The position numbers were made by a program, and so were the translations under genes. A DNA stretch of 64,000 bases from Peribolospora baueri (Eukaryota): assembly GCA_029717555.1 (NCBI GenBank), contig JAMDHS010000024.1, positions 186,001 to 250,000 of the forward strand. Reading direction: 5' to 3'. The notes beneath the pieces are model-generated. The model did not search any database and was not told the origin of the DNA. It saw only the letters and a list, made by a program, of their open reading frames with translations. Positions 1-12,281 of the stretch are shown here, in pieces (the stretch's first letter is position 1; every line of letters begins with the position of its first letter).

Positions 1-1483
1 GAGGAGAATGCGTTGGGTGGCGCAAGTGAGCGAGTATTGGCCGATCGAGTACCTTGCTCGGCTGGGGGATTCAGAGGAGAAATTGGAGGAGGTTTTGGAG
101 ACGTATGTGGCCAGGGAGCACGGTATGGGAGGGGGATTGATGGGTGTGGGAGGGAACAGTACCGCGCCATCGCTAGCGCATCTGCATCAGGGCGCTGCGA
201 TCTCTGGGACAGTTACGAACGGTACGGCAAAGGCTTTGGAGAGCCTTGACGAGGAGCGGTTCAGGGAGCGAACGGAGACGTCTCGTGTCGGAGGGACAGA
301 GGTTTGTGTGAGCCGAGGAAAAGCCGAGGATTCTCAAGGCTCTCAGGCGCCTAACGCGGGTCAACGAGGCGCATCTTCGACGAGCCAAGGCCAGTCTCAT
401 CAGGAGCTTACATCCCGAGAACGCGACTCGACATTGTCCTCCATATTACCCTCCTCTTCTTCGGACATCGGCGAGCGCTCATCCTCGGTGCATGCCCTTG
501 CTCTCGCTTTGCCACCTTCCCTCGGTCCGACCCGAGGCAAGATTTACTTGCTGGGTTCAGGCACGGGCCACCCGTCGCTTCTAACTCTGGCCGCCCACCG
601 CCTCTTGACCTCCCCCACGACCTCACTGATCCTCTCCGACAAACTCGTCCCCTCGTCTGTCCTTTCTTTAATCCCGCCAACCATCCGCCTGCACATCGCC
701 AAAAAGTTCCCCGGCAATGCGGAGGGAGCGCAGAACGAATTGATGGAGCTGGCCTTGGAGGCGGCGATGAAGGGGGAAGTGGTAGTCAGGCTCAAGCAAG
801 GAGACCCGTTCGTCTACGGAAGGGGAGGGGAGGAGGTGCTTTTCTTCCGACAAAACGGATTCGAACCCGTCGTCGTTCCCGGAATCTCTTCGGCGTTCGC
901 GGGCCCACTCATGGCGGGCATTCCGGTCACCCAACGGGGAGTTGCGGATTCGCTCGTGCTGTGCACGGGGGTGGGGAGGAAGGGTAGGCCGGCGAGGTTG
1001 CCTGGGTATGAGAGGGCGAGAACGTTGGTGTTGCTGATGGGCGTTGCGAGGTTACCGTCCTTGCTTCGAGTCCTGCTCTCCCCGACGGTCTCTTCATCGG
1101 AGCAGAACCTCCACTCTGCGGACGGCGTTCGCGAAGGCGCCCCATACCCTTCTCACCTTCCCGTCGCCATCATTGAGCGGGCGTCGAGCTTGGACCAACG
1201 CGTCGTGGCGAGCACGCTTTCGGGCATCGAGAGCGCCCTGGAGAGGGCGGGCGAGCAGAGGCCGCCCGGGATGATCGTCGTCGGATGGGCGGTGCTGGCG
1301 CTCGAAGGCGAGGGGAATATAGACGTGCTCGACGAGGATGGAGAGGGGGAGAATGGAGCCGAGCAGCAGACGCGCAGGGACGAGGAGCGCGTTCGGACGT
1401 GGCTCGGTCCGCTGGGCTATGTCGTTCGCGAAGGGCTTGTGCCTTCCTCGGAGGCGTGGGACGCACTGGCCGACGTAGCTTAG
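1..1483 (+). CDS. MET1: Siroheme synthase / uroporphyrinogen-III C-methyltransferase (CysG-like Met8-Met1 fusion), 5' part outside window
   Basis: Open frame from the window edge. RMRWVAQVSEYW resembles the siroheme synthase C-terminal motif. Tetrapyrrole methylase motifs LLGSGTGHPSLLT, VVRLKQGDPFVYGRGGEE, VVPGISS, GIPVTQRG and LLMGV are present. Stop TAG at 1481-1483. Confidence 0.93.
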   Translation, partial: RRMRWVAQVSEYWPIEYLARLGDSEEKLEEVLETYVAREHGMGGGLMGVGGNSTAPSLAHLHQGAAISGTVTNGTAKALESLDEERFRERTETSRVGGTEVCVSRGKAEDSQGSQAPNAGQRGASSTSQGQSHQELTSRERDSTLSSILPSSSSDIGERSSSVHALALALPPSLGPTRGKIYLLGSGTGHPSLLTLAAHRLLTSPTTSLILSDKLVPSSVLSLIPPTIRLHIAKKFPGNAEGAQNELMELALEAAMKGEVVVRLKQGDPFVYGRGGEEVLFFRQNGFEPVVVPGISSAFAGPLMAGIPVTQRGVADSLVLCTGVGRKGRPARLPGYERARTLVLLMGVARLPSLLRVLLSPTVSSSEQNLHSADGVREGAPYPSHLPVAIIERASSLDQRVVASTLSGIESALERAGEQRPPGMIVVGWAVLALEGEGNIDVLDEDGEGENGAEQQTRRDEERVRTWLGPLGYVVREGLVPSSEAWDALADVA

Positions 1484-1712
1484 TAGACCATGAAGGTGGT
1501 ATCTATCGTGACTATTGCAATCTGGACCGGCGAGATGAAGCACGCTCCTCATACCTGACAGGCAAGCTCTGCTGGCCGTGGCTGCCAGATGGTAGTAGCC
1601 GAGGGAGGCGTTGCAAGAAGAAGCTGCCGCAGGGCTTGTATCAGCGGGCCGCAGCCGAGCAGCGAACACCGAGCGCACTGAGACTGCTTTCGATATCCAT
1701 CAGCACATCACC

Positions 1713-3199
1713 ATGGCGGCGAGAGCACCCTCCAGACTCGCCAGCACACTGCAGGCCTTTGGGTCGGCATCACCACGAGCCGCCGGAGCTATGTGAGTGG
1801 GTCTTGCCCATCGGGGCTTGTTGGACGAGTCCCGAGTGAGCCTCAGTCCGTCGCCCCAGCTTACAGCGGTCGCCCTTCTCCGTCGCTTTGGCGTCACAGA
1901 CTGCCAATCTCGCCCCGGCGATCGTTCACATCGAGCACCTCCCGTCGTATCCCCTCTTCCACCGCCACCGCCGCTAACACCTCCATCGACCCGTCCGAGA
2001 TTGCTCACTTCTCCCGCCTCTCCGCGCAATGGTGGGACGAGCGAGGCGAGTTCGGGCTATTGCATGCCATGAACCCCATGCGGATACGGTTCATGCGGGA
2101 CAAGTTGAACGAGGTCGCAGAGTGGGAGGCCACGGTAAGAGGTGGTGGCGAGGGGGGGGAGGGAGCAGAAGGCAAAAGGGTTAGGTTCCTGGAAGGGTTG
2201 GAAGTGCTTGATGTCGGTTGCGGTGGGGGCCTGTTGAGCGAGGTGAGTAGTGTCGCCCACCCCAGCCCCTCGTAAACGACAGCACAATTCGGTAACCTGT
2301 CCCTTTCCAATCAATTTCCTTGCGCCGGCAGAGTCTCTCGCGTCTCGGAGCCCGTACGACGGGTATCGACGCCTCCGCCTCGAACATCAAGATCGCATCC
2401 CTGCACGCGGCATCGGACCCATCTTTCTCTGTCCGGTCCCCGTTCTCATTCCTAGACGCGCCTTCGTCGTCGCCGGTCGAAGGACGGAGACAAATGGATC
2501 GTCACTCGCTCGAGTACCGACATACGACGGCCGAGGCACTCGTTGAGGAGGGCGAGCGCTATGACGTCGTTTGCGCGATGGAGGTCCTGGAACACGTCGA
2601 GAACCCTGCCGAGTTCCTCAGGAGCCTCGATCGACTCGTCAAGGTGAGCCTCGCTCGTCTCAGCGTCTTAACCCGATGTCTCTCGGAGAAATATTCATCT
2701 CGGGCCGTGAATTTGCTTTGTCTTCTTCTCGAACGGGCGTCTCAAATGCGTCTCGAAACAGCCTGGAGGCCACCTCTTCCTGTCGACCATCGCACGCACT
2801 CCACTCTCCTATCTGCTCACCATCCTTGCCGCCGAGCACCTCCTCCGCCTGGTCGAGCCGGGCACCCACACCCACACAAAGTACGTCAACCCGTCCGAGC
2901 TCGTTAACTTTTTCCGCCACGAGCTGTGCTGGATCCGAGACGGCCCCTCCCCTTCCTCCTTCTCTTCTGCTACACCCGGCGTGAGCCCTTCCGTTCCGCC
3001 GCCGCCGCCGCCGTCGCCGCCTCCTCTGAGAGAGGCGGGCAGGGAAAACCCGTACAGGATGCAGTACGAGACGAGGGGGTGCGCTTACCTCCCCTGGAAG
3101 GCCGAGTGGGCTCTCGCCCCGAGGGACGCGGGCCAGTGGGGCGCCGAGGCGTGTAACTACTTTTTCTGGGCGCGAAAGCCGATCGACGGGGCGAGATGA
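1713..3199 (+). CDS. COQ3: Ubiquinone biosynthesis O-methyltransferase (4 exons)
   Basis: Arg/Ser-rich mitochondrial-presequence-like N-terminus. Motifs EIAHFSRLSAQWWD, LHAMNPMR, VLDVGCGGGLLSE, YDVVCAMEVLEHV and GTHTHTKYVNP. GT-AG introns at about 1793-1866, 2243-2331 and 2644-2761. Confidence 0.93.
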
Positions 3200-3958
3200 G
3201 CGAATCGATCGAACGGGCGGGCAGTCTATCTACCTACCTACCGGCCGACCGACCTATCGACCTACCTAGCGTGTTCTGCTTTCTCTTTCGCGGTCCAGAC
3301 AGACGCCAGCCAAGTCACGGTCGGGGTGCTCTTCGACTGGCCTTTTCGTTCTCGACGCGGGACTTCCTTCTATTTTGCATCTGGATGGGGCTCCACCGAG
3401 TCCGTGGCGACGCGACCGGACCGGACCGGACCGGTTCGATGCAGACACGACACGCAAAAGACGATACAGGAAAAAAAAGAAAAAAAAGGCATACCATACC
3501 GTGCCTCGTCTGCGGTGGCCCGGATGACGAACGCAAGGGACGAGCGAGGTAGGTTTCGAAAGCGAAATGAAATTGGGTGGAGGAAGAAGAAGAAGGACGA
3601 AGAAAGAGCAGAGGAGAGGAGAGGAACAAGAGGGGTTGTGGTGAGCGAGCGAGGCGAAGCGATGAGAAAAGAGCGCGGAGGGGAGCTGTATCGTATCGTC
3701 TTGGGAGGAGGAACGAAGGAAGGAAAATGCAAGGCGCCGGCCCGAGAGCGGCGGCGAGGAGAGGAGGGTTGAGAAAGAGAAGAGAAAGGGGAGGGGATGA
3801 AGGAAGGTGGAGAGGGAAGGACGACGATATTATATGATACAGCGGCTATGGCGGATGACAGCTTGAAAGATGAATATGCGGGAATGGATGGACGGAGAGC
3901 GGGATGGGATATAGAGAGTGCACGGCTGGGTTGGGCTGGTCGGTCGTCGACGAGCTGC

Positions 3959-6862
3959 TCAGCAGGTGTCCACAAGTCTGTTCTTCGGGAATTTTTTGCC
4001 GTACTGGGGAGAAAGAAGGGAGGGAAGGAGGAGGAATGGGACGCGTGAGCAAATCCTTCTAGAGCACCTAGCCGAAATGGAGGCGACGGGCCGGCACTCA
4101 CGCCACCGCCCTCGGTACTGCCACTCCACGTGGTCAGGTTGGGGTTATTGTACGCCTCGGGGTATCTTGAAATATAGTCGGCCGTGGGGAAGTCTTTGGG
4201 GTCGCAGCCGATGTTGATCGCGTTCTCTGGTTGGCTGTGAACGAACGAGGAGGCGAGGCGGGTAAGCACCACGCGAGGTCGAGATCGAGACGAATGGGTC
4301 GGGTCGAGTTGATGGATGGATGGGTGAAACTCACTATACTCGGACATAGTCCACCTTCATGACAGCCGGGAATTTCAGCTTGCCCCACCTGCGTGACGTG
4401 ACGTGAGCGAAAGAAGGCGGTGAACGGGCGATGCGGCAAACTCGGGTCTTCACCAACTCGGACGAGGCGACGGACACCACACTCACTCAATGTTCGAGAA
4501 ACCTGGCGAGATGCCTAGGTTGAACATGATGTACTGAGAAAGCAGGGCAGAGAAGCGAACAGAAGAGGGTCAGCCAGAGACACACGTCGCACGTCGCACG
4601 TCAGACGGAGGAGGCAGCAGGGCCGGGCCGACGCTCACCAGAGGTTCCTGAGGGACAGGCCTGTGGTCGATCTCCACCACTGGGTCGGGCGCCATCGCTG
4701 CGGAGTTGAGTGTCCTGGCAATGCCAAGTCGTCGTTGCGCGGGCAAGGAAGAGCGAGGACGGAGAAAGATCAGCGTCAACATGGACGTCCCGAGCGAACG
4801 AAATCCGAAGCAGCGAGTGGCGAGCAAACGACCGGTCGACGTACCACACAGGCGCATTTGAGACCATCCAAGTGATATACCCATTCAATCCGGGCTCGTA
4901 CTCGAACCCGTACGTGTCGTATTCCTGGTTGGTGAGCTGATACGCGCCCTGATTGGTCTGCGTGATGGCGGACGTGGCTTGTTGGTAGGACGCACCGGTG
5001 TACGAGTTCATGACTGTCTTTTCCTGGTCGTAGATGACGACTCCGCCGGGGACGTTGGGGAGCTGGAAATGTACGGAACGCGGAGGAGAGATTGGATGAG
5101 AAAGGGAAGGACTACGCAAACGAGACGAGGTGAGACGACGGCACGCGGGAGTCGCGCCTGGCTCACCGTGTAGTTATCATTGAAAGGCGCCCACTGTCCG
5201 GACTGGGACACGGTACCCTTGCCCCTATCGGTCATGGCCTCAAAGACGTCAATCTCCGGGGCAGAACGTCCGACGTACGAGCCGTCGCTCCTCTTCGGAC
5301 CAGGATGATCCTCGCCTGGGCAAGTGCACGCAGAAAACTTTTGGCCCATGAGATAGCTGAGCGTCGTCTTGAACCTTCCGAGCTTTTGAGCGGCCGCGGG
5401 GGTGCCGTTGGGCCAGGTTTGGTTGTGGAGCGTGCCAACGTCGCACGAGTCGTACGAGTACGGCCATGTGCCCTCCAAGCTGGCTCCGTATCCGGCTCGG
5501 CCGAGGTTGCCCATCGTCCAGAAGGCGGGCCAGAGACCGGGCACGGAGGGGGAGCCGGGCAGTTGAAGGCTCGCTGTGGAAGGGTGGGCGGCAAGGGCGT
5601 GCGTGAGATGGATGCCAGCTCTACTCGCTTTCGTCGGCATGCAAGACGACCGCCGCGTCCACTCACCTTCGATGAATCCTCCGGTGAAGCAGAATTTGTT
5701 CCAGGTCTGAATCATGCCACCACGAAAGTTCAAGTTGTGGTTCCGCATTTCGTCGTACGAGATGACCAACGATCCGTTGGCTGTCGTCACCGCCGCAGGG
5801 TCGTACCACTCTACGTTCTCCGTTCCCCAGTAGTAAAGGTCGACAGCCTCCCAGTAGGGGTCATCGCCCGGGTAGAAGGACCGGCCGTCGGTGTTGAACT
5901 CGTCGCTGAAGATGAGCTGGTAGTTCGTCTTGCCGTCAAAACCCGTGCGTGTGCGAACGTTTTGTGGCGTATCTGAGGGTGGCATTCGTCAGTCATACAT
6001 GCGCGACCAGAAAGAGGGAGGCAAAATGTGCGCCCTTGCCCTCTCGCTGTAACTCACCGGGATCAATGAGGGTGGAAAAGTCGGGAACCTGGCCCGAAGC
6101 GTTGACGCCGCCGAGGTTAAAGGCGCCAAAAGTGCTCATCCGGACGGAGCGTATGTAGGTGAGGATGGGGTAACCGGCGAAGAGCATGACGAGGCCGGCG
6201 GCGAGGAGGAAGAGCATGCCGAGGTTCATGAAGCCTCGGGAGGTGAAGATGCTGCCCTTGTCGTTGTACCTGTCCCGAGCCGGGTCGGGATTGTGGAGGT
6301 CATCGTCGGCCTCGGGCGTGTTGACGTTGGCGCCCCAGAGGGCGAGGTCGTTGGAGATGTCGTACTTGTCCTGTCCGCGGTGAGAGGAGACGGAAGAGGG
6401 TGAGGAGACGGCCATCATGCCGGTGGCTCTCGGGGAGTACCGCATGTTCGGGTCGCGCGCGCCCTGGATGATAGGGCGATGGAGAGGAAGGGGGAGGAAA
6501 GAAAAGTCAGTGTTGCGTCCAGCTATGGCGGCGAGAGGGCGGGTATACGAGCGACCGCCGTCGGTCGTCGTTGAAGAGCTCCTTCTCCTTCCAAGGACAC
6601 TTACCGGGCCAAGCGGACTGTGGCCATAGGGAGGGATGAGTTGGCTCTGCGAGGTGTTCCCGGGGGAGTGTGAGTAGGGCATTCCGGCACCGCCGTCCGG
6701 GCCTGCCGTCGGCGGGGGGGAAGCAAACTCGTTTCGAGGAGGAAAGGGAGAGGGGTAATCCGACGACGGCGAGCCGGGAGAGTAGGGGGTGGGGTCGTTG
6801 TACGAGTGCTGGGCGGTCTGTGGCTGGCTGAAGGGGTAGTTGACCCGGGCTGAGGAGGGCAT
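3959..6862 (-). CDS. KRE6: Beta-1,6-glucan synthesis-associated KRE6/SKN1 family GH16 membrane protein
   Basis: Disordered N-terminus, EADDDLHNPDP, single TM segment (LFLLAAGLVMLFAGYPIL), LIFSDEFN, WNKFCFTGG, GLWPAFW, GH16 catalytic-like APEIDVFE. Last exon YGKKFPKNRLVDTC*. Confidence 0.92.
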
Positions 6863-9800
6863 GTCGCGGCTTAGCCGGGGCGGGGCTGGGGGATGGACGA
6901 GGCGAGAAGAGGAGAATGGGTGAGGAGCAAGGTGGACAGGGCCGTTTGTCTAGCCGGTCGTGATGTGGTGGTGCTCGAGCTGGCGCTGGCGATCGTCGCC
7001 TGCGTCGAGGAACCGTCGAGCAAAGACTAATAATAATTGCCTGGGCCGTCGCAGTGGCGGTCGGCTGGTCGTTGTCGGCGAGGCGAGGCGAGGCGGCCTA
7101 TATGAGATGATATGTGTTGCTGAGGGTTTCAGATGGAGATGAGACGTAGTGCTGAAGGGCGGTCGCCGTTCGTTGGTTGACAGGACGCCCGCGTTCGTTC
7201 GTTCGCTCTCTTCTGCTGGCCTGTGCGTCTGTGCCCTGTTCTCTTGCTTGGTGTGAGGCGGTGTGGGAAGGGGTAAGGGAGAGAAAGAGATGAAGAAGGT
7301 GAGAATGGCTGTGGGAGGCAAAAGGGGGGATCAGCGCGGAGATCGACCTCGGCGACGTCGACCGTTAAGGAACGAGCCGGGGAATGCCGTACGAGGGTGG
7401 CTGGGTCAGTGAGTGTCCAGTCGGGCCGTCGTTCAAGTTGTGTGTAGTCTAGTCTCTCTCTCTCTCTCTCGTTTCGCACCGCCGGCGGATGAGAGATCGA
7501 GCTATGACATGGCGTATAGAGTGTCGACAGTGCGAGGGAAATAGAAGGAGGAAGGAGAGAGAGACAGAGCGCAGCGTTGGTGTTGGCGCTAGAAGAGATA
7601 GCACGTCACTGAACGATGGCTCAGAACGTCTCGTCCGCTTCCAACCACCGGCGGCACCGACGGGCGAGACGAAAACGGCCTTGCGACGAATGAGAATGAG
7701 AGGAAGGAAGGGCATTTGGTGGGCGTCGTCGTTCGAGCGCTCAACAAGGCGCTGCTTCTGTTTCTGCTTCTGCTTCCATGCTTCCATCGTTTGACGCCCG
7801 TCGGAATCAACGACAGAGGGCCAGGGCGGAACGGAAACGGAAGGAGGAGGATCGAATTCTTCGTCGCCACCGCGGGCTCAGCACGATGACGCTCTCTCTC
7901 GCCAACCGTCGCCAAGCAGAACATCTTTCCTTTTTCGATCCATCACCGCCGTCGGCTAGTCGTCCGCCCATGACAGCGTTCCCCACCCAATTTCGTTTTC
8001 AGGACCCGTTGGAAAGGAAAGATTCTCACACCGCCGCCTTGTCCGCGATCGATCGCAGCCCACGCCCAGTCGGCTCCTACTTACTCGAGTGAGAGAGTGG
8101 TGTGCAGAGAACGGGGGCGACAGCAGAGGCTCTTAGGGCCACAGAAGCGAGAGACAGACACACAGACGAGGAAGAGAGACAAGCGTCAAAATACCCCCTT
8201 CCCATTCGTCGTTCCACAACCCGTCGTCACCTTCTCCTCCTAATAACGCTCGATGAGAATCAGCACTGGACTGGACCGGCTCGAGGACGACTCGAGGACG
8301 ATCCCCGGCGTCGTCCGTCACGGGTACCACATCCCATCATCTCATCCTTCCTTTGCCGCAACGCTCACGCTGACTGCATTCCTTCGTGGGCAACCAGGCC
8401 TTGCTTACCGCGCTTCATTGCCCTTATTGTTCGCCGTCCGCCGTCGCCCTGGTCGCGATGCGGCCGTATTCACCTGATGGGCTCGGCGAGCGATGCTTAA
8501 TTAAAGACCCTGCTTGGACGTAGAAGCAAGCGCAATCACCTGGCCGTCATCCCGTCCTTCCTTCCCCTTCTCTTCACAGCTCCTCAAAGGCGGCACAGAG
8601 GACGCGGTTATCTCGATGACAGGGCCGTACGTCGAGATGAGCGGACCAAAGACAGGCAAGAAAGCTTTAGCGTCCGTAACGCCCCATGGCCGACGAGCTT
8701 CCTGTCTGTCACTCAGCGAGCGTTCCGAAAACGGGCTGCTGGCGCGGGTTAGGGCACTTGTGCAAGCTCGCGGACCGACGACGATGGAGATGGTGGTGGT
8801 GAGGCAGGACAGCCGGCGTGAACGAGTCCGACTCGTACCAGGTCTGGTAAATGCGGAATAGATTCGTATCGTGAATGCCACTTTCTAACATCGATGGCTC
8901 AAACGTGCAAGTAAAAAGAGTCGGATGAGGATGGCAGGGGGGAGATGGGAGAATGAACGGCCTTCCGAGCTCTCTACCTGAAAGAAAGGTCCGACGACAC
9001 CACAGGACATGACATGTCATGACCCTTCACCTCCTTTCTCCTTCATCCCTCCGTCCCTCATTCCTGAACGAGGAGCATCCCCGGACGTCTTCGTGGTGCC
9101 GCCCTTCGATGGGGACGCTTCAGCATCTTCAAGACGCTCATACCCTTCCGACGAAGATGTGACAAAAAAAAGAGAGAAAGAAAGGCACACGCGAAAGGGG
9201 GGCAAAGCGTCAACAGCGTGGGGACAAAAGGACGGATGCACAAAACAAGAGGGTACGGATAGGACATTCGAATGCTAGGAGCCACACCCGTCCAGACCGC
9301 ATGACGGTTCGCTTCCATCGCTCCCTCTTCCGCTTCCGAGTCTCTCGACAAGGATGCGACACGGGGAGGCATTACGGGTATCGAACTCGGGATGGAATGG
9401 GAGGGGTCGATCGTACAAACACTCACAAGGCCTCATGTCGTTTTTCCTCTCGCCCGCCTCGAACTGCTCCTGCCTTCGAGCGCGGATGTCCTTCTTGGCA
9501 AAGTAGTACCCCACGCCGGCTGCTACGATGAGCGAGGCCCACCTGGACGTCGTTAAGGAAGGGGGGCCGGGGGCGAGCCGACGTGAAGGTAGTCAGAGGC
9601 GGCGAGGGAGGAAGGGAGGGCGGGAAGGGATGGATAAGCCAAGTCGGGCGGTGAGCTCTTGCTGACCTAGCGATGACCCGCGAGGCTTGGGGCGAAACGA
9701 GGAGATAGGACTGACTGACTGACCCCAAAGCCATGCTCTTTGGCGTGTTCATTCCTCGAAGTTCTGCACGCTGGCAAGAAACCTGGAGGAGTCGTCACTT

Positions 9801-10328
9801 CGTCGTCGGGTGAAAGGCGGATGGGATGGATAGATGGGATCGATCGAGATCGGACCTCGCGAGATGGGAGGGAGGGGAGCGAGCGGCCCGATCGCCCGTT
9901 CGTTCCGCACCACCATCATCACCCTCTCCTATACACCACACGCCCACTTCGCAACCGACACTCGCGGTTTGTCGAGATGGCGTGGCGAGACGAAGGCGCC
10001 TTTGCTACTCCACAGACGACCCATCCAGATCGATTCGAATGCCATCATCGGATATGGGTATCTGCAATTCGCAGGAGGGGAACATGAGAGTGTGCGTATA
10101 CATGAATGTGATCACCAGCTGTGAGGACCGATGGCAAGGTCTACGTGCGAAATGTGTCCATGAAAGAAGCGCAAAAGCGGGGAAGAACGGATGGGAGGCA
10201 TCGTCGTGTCACACGGAATCGACACGCACAGACGTCGAAGAACAGACAACCCCAAGCCACACGTAGGGCGCGCCGACTTGGCTGAGAGACAAATCCGGAG
10301 CAGGAGCAGGAGCACTGCTTCTCGGGGA

Positions 10329-11648
10329 TTAAAGCCCATGCTCGAATGTCTTCGCAAGCGCTACCGCGCTGCTCCCGGCGGGATCGGCGATGTGCTCCCC
10401 AAGGGCGAACTCGATCCCCCTCTCTCGCAGGCAGCGCACGACCAGAGCTCGGTACTCAGGGACGCCCACGAGACTGCCTCCGAAGCAAAGCGCCGCTTTG
10501 CGAGGATTGACGAGCCGTTTCGAAAGAGAAGAAGAGGCGGATGAGGCGGCGGCGACGGCGGTGGGAGGCAAAGAGAGGTCGGCGATCTGACCGGCCAATA
10601 GGTCTGCCGAACCTCTCACGACCTCGTACGCCGCCGCGTCGGGCGGGTCGGAGAAGGCAAGTCGGAAGACTAGCGGGCAGAGGAGGGCCATGCGATGTTT
10701 GCGTTCCAGGGCGAGGTGTTTCGTCGGGCCCGACGGCTTGGAGGACGGGTCGGCGACGGGGACCGAGTCGGATGGATCCGCGGCGTAGACGACGCTGAAG
10801 AGGTCGTAGGGGCTGTTGATCTCGAAGTGCGCGAGGATGGCTTCTGTGAGCTTCGAGGGTGCGCTGGCAGCGCGGTGGTCGTCGTCGAGCACGAGCGCCC
10901 TGTCGGCGTCCAAGAGCACCTTCCTGACCGCCTCCCTGCCGAGCCAGAGCGCTGATCCCTCGTCGCCCAACAACCATCCCCAACCTCCCCTGCGGACAAG
11001 TTCCACCATCTCCGGCGGCATGCTCGCCCCGTCCTTGCCTTCCGCCCTGTCTTCCGCGCTCGCCACCACGGGCACCTCGCGGACGCTCACCAAGCAGCTG
11101 CCCGTGCCGCAGACGATGAGCACGCCTTCTGAGATGTCGGCATGCGTTCGGACGGGCGCACTCAACAGGGCAGTGTCGTTCGTGACTTGCAACCGAGGGC
11201 CAATGGGGATGCCAAGGAGGGGAGAGAGGTACTTGCCGATCGCGATCATGTCCTCCGGTCGGTCTGCGCCAGAGACACCAACTTGGGCAGCGGCGAAGAT
11301 GGGGAAGGGAGGCGGCAGCGGGAAGCTCGATGCGGGCTGTCGGAGGACGAGGAGGCGAGAGAGGAGGGCCTTCGTCTCGTCTTCCGTATCAGCCCCGTTT
11401 CCAGCATGACCGTCCGCGTCCGTACCGTCGCTACCGGCGTGGACGGCCGCGGCAGCGGTTTCGAGAGCGTCCTGAACGGCCTGGGTAACGGAGCGCAAGA
11501 AGTAGGCTGGGCCGACGTCGGTAAAGTTGGAGGCACCTCCGGCGCCGCGGGAGAGGAGGACACCGGAGGAACTTGCGAGCACGCAGGCCGTCTTTGTGCC
11601 GCCGCAATCTATAGCGATGTAGAGACTGGCTCGGGGAGGGGTCGACAT
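10329..11648 (-). CDS. BadF/BadG/BcrA/BcrD ATPase family sugar kinase, N-acetylglucosamine kinase-like, single exon
   Basis: 439-aa uninterrupted ORF with IDCGGTKT, GVSGAD, VTNDT, IVCGTGS and RRGGWGWLLGDEGSA motifs typical of NAGK/BadF kinases. Confidence 0.85.
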   Translation of the reverse strand: MSTPPRASLYIAIDCGGTKTACVLASSSGVLLSRGAGGASNFTDVGPAYFLRSVTQAVQDALETAAAAVHAGSDGTDADGHAGNGADTEDETKALLSRLLVLRQPASSFPLPPPFPIFAAAQVGVSGADRPEDMIAIGKYLSPLLGIPIGPRLQVTNDTALLSAPVRTHADISEGVLIVCGTGSCLVSVREVPVVASAEDRAEGKDGASMPPEMVELVRRGGWGWLLGDEGSALWLGREAVRKVLLDADRALVLDDDHRAASAPSKLTEAILAHFEINSPYDLFSVVYAADPSDSVPVADPSSKPSGPTKHLALERKHRMALLCPLVFRLAFSDPPDAAAYEVVRGSADLLAGQIADLSLPPTAVAAASSASSSLSKRLVNPRKAALCFGGSLVGVPEYRALVVRCLRERGIEFALGEHIADPAGSSAVALAKTFEHGL

Positions 11649-12281
11649 TCCGATCTAGAGGACGGGGTGGTGCTCGTGCTTGTTCTCGTCGTCGCCCGTA
11701 GTGGTCGTCCGTCCAGGAGTGCTCGGCCTCGCTGCCCGACTAGAGAGAAACGCAGGCTGTGAAGAAGGGAGTACAGAGACGAGGCGAGGTAGGTGTCTAA
11801 GGGGAAAGAAAACGACGTCTGGTCTGGTCCACACATATATGTGTATGTACAAGCCCGAAGATACAGGCGAGAAGAAATGGTGATCTCTCGTGACCAGCTG
11901 ATCGGATCGATGCGACAGTCGGCGGCGCCTTATCGAGTCCCATGACCCCTCCGGCATAGCCATCGTCGTCCCGTCCGACTGCGACTCTGTTCTATAGTCA
12001 CGTGGAATCCCTTTCTAACCACCAGCTCCTACAGTGATCCCCAACACTGCGCCGAGACGCAAGCCGTGCAGTCCACGCCGTACATAGTTCCGAAGTTCGA
12101 TGCTGATCTCTCCTGCTGCTGTCGAGAACTGATATACATACTCGCCCGGCAGTCGCCTCGGATAATGACGGCTTTGGACGGAGATAAGACGAAGAAGCGG
12201 TCCGCCGCAGTTAAAATTGAGAGGGTGGGTTGTCCGACCTTCTTCGTCCTCCCCATACTCACAGATACACCGGCCGACAAG

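Noticed and set aside
1..3199. Two adjacent SAM-dependent methyltransferase genes (MET1, COQ3) as a cluster
   Set aside because: Unrelated folds and pathways; adjacency is most simply chance.
6863..10328. Possible pheromone precursor (CAAX) genes, tRNAs or transposon remnants in the long gap
   Set aside because: No short ORF ending in a CAAX box, no cloverleaf or A/B boxes, and no terminal repeats or transposase motifs were seen.
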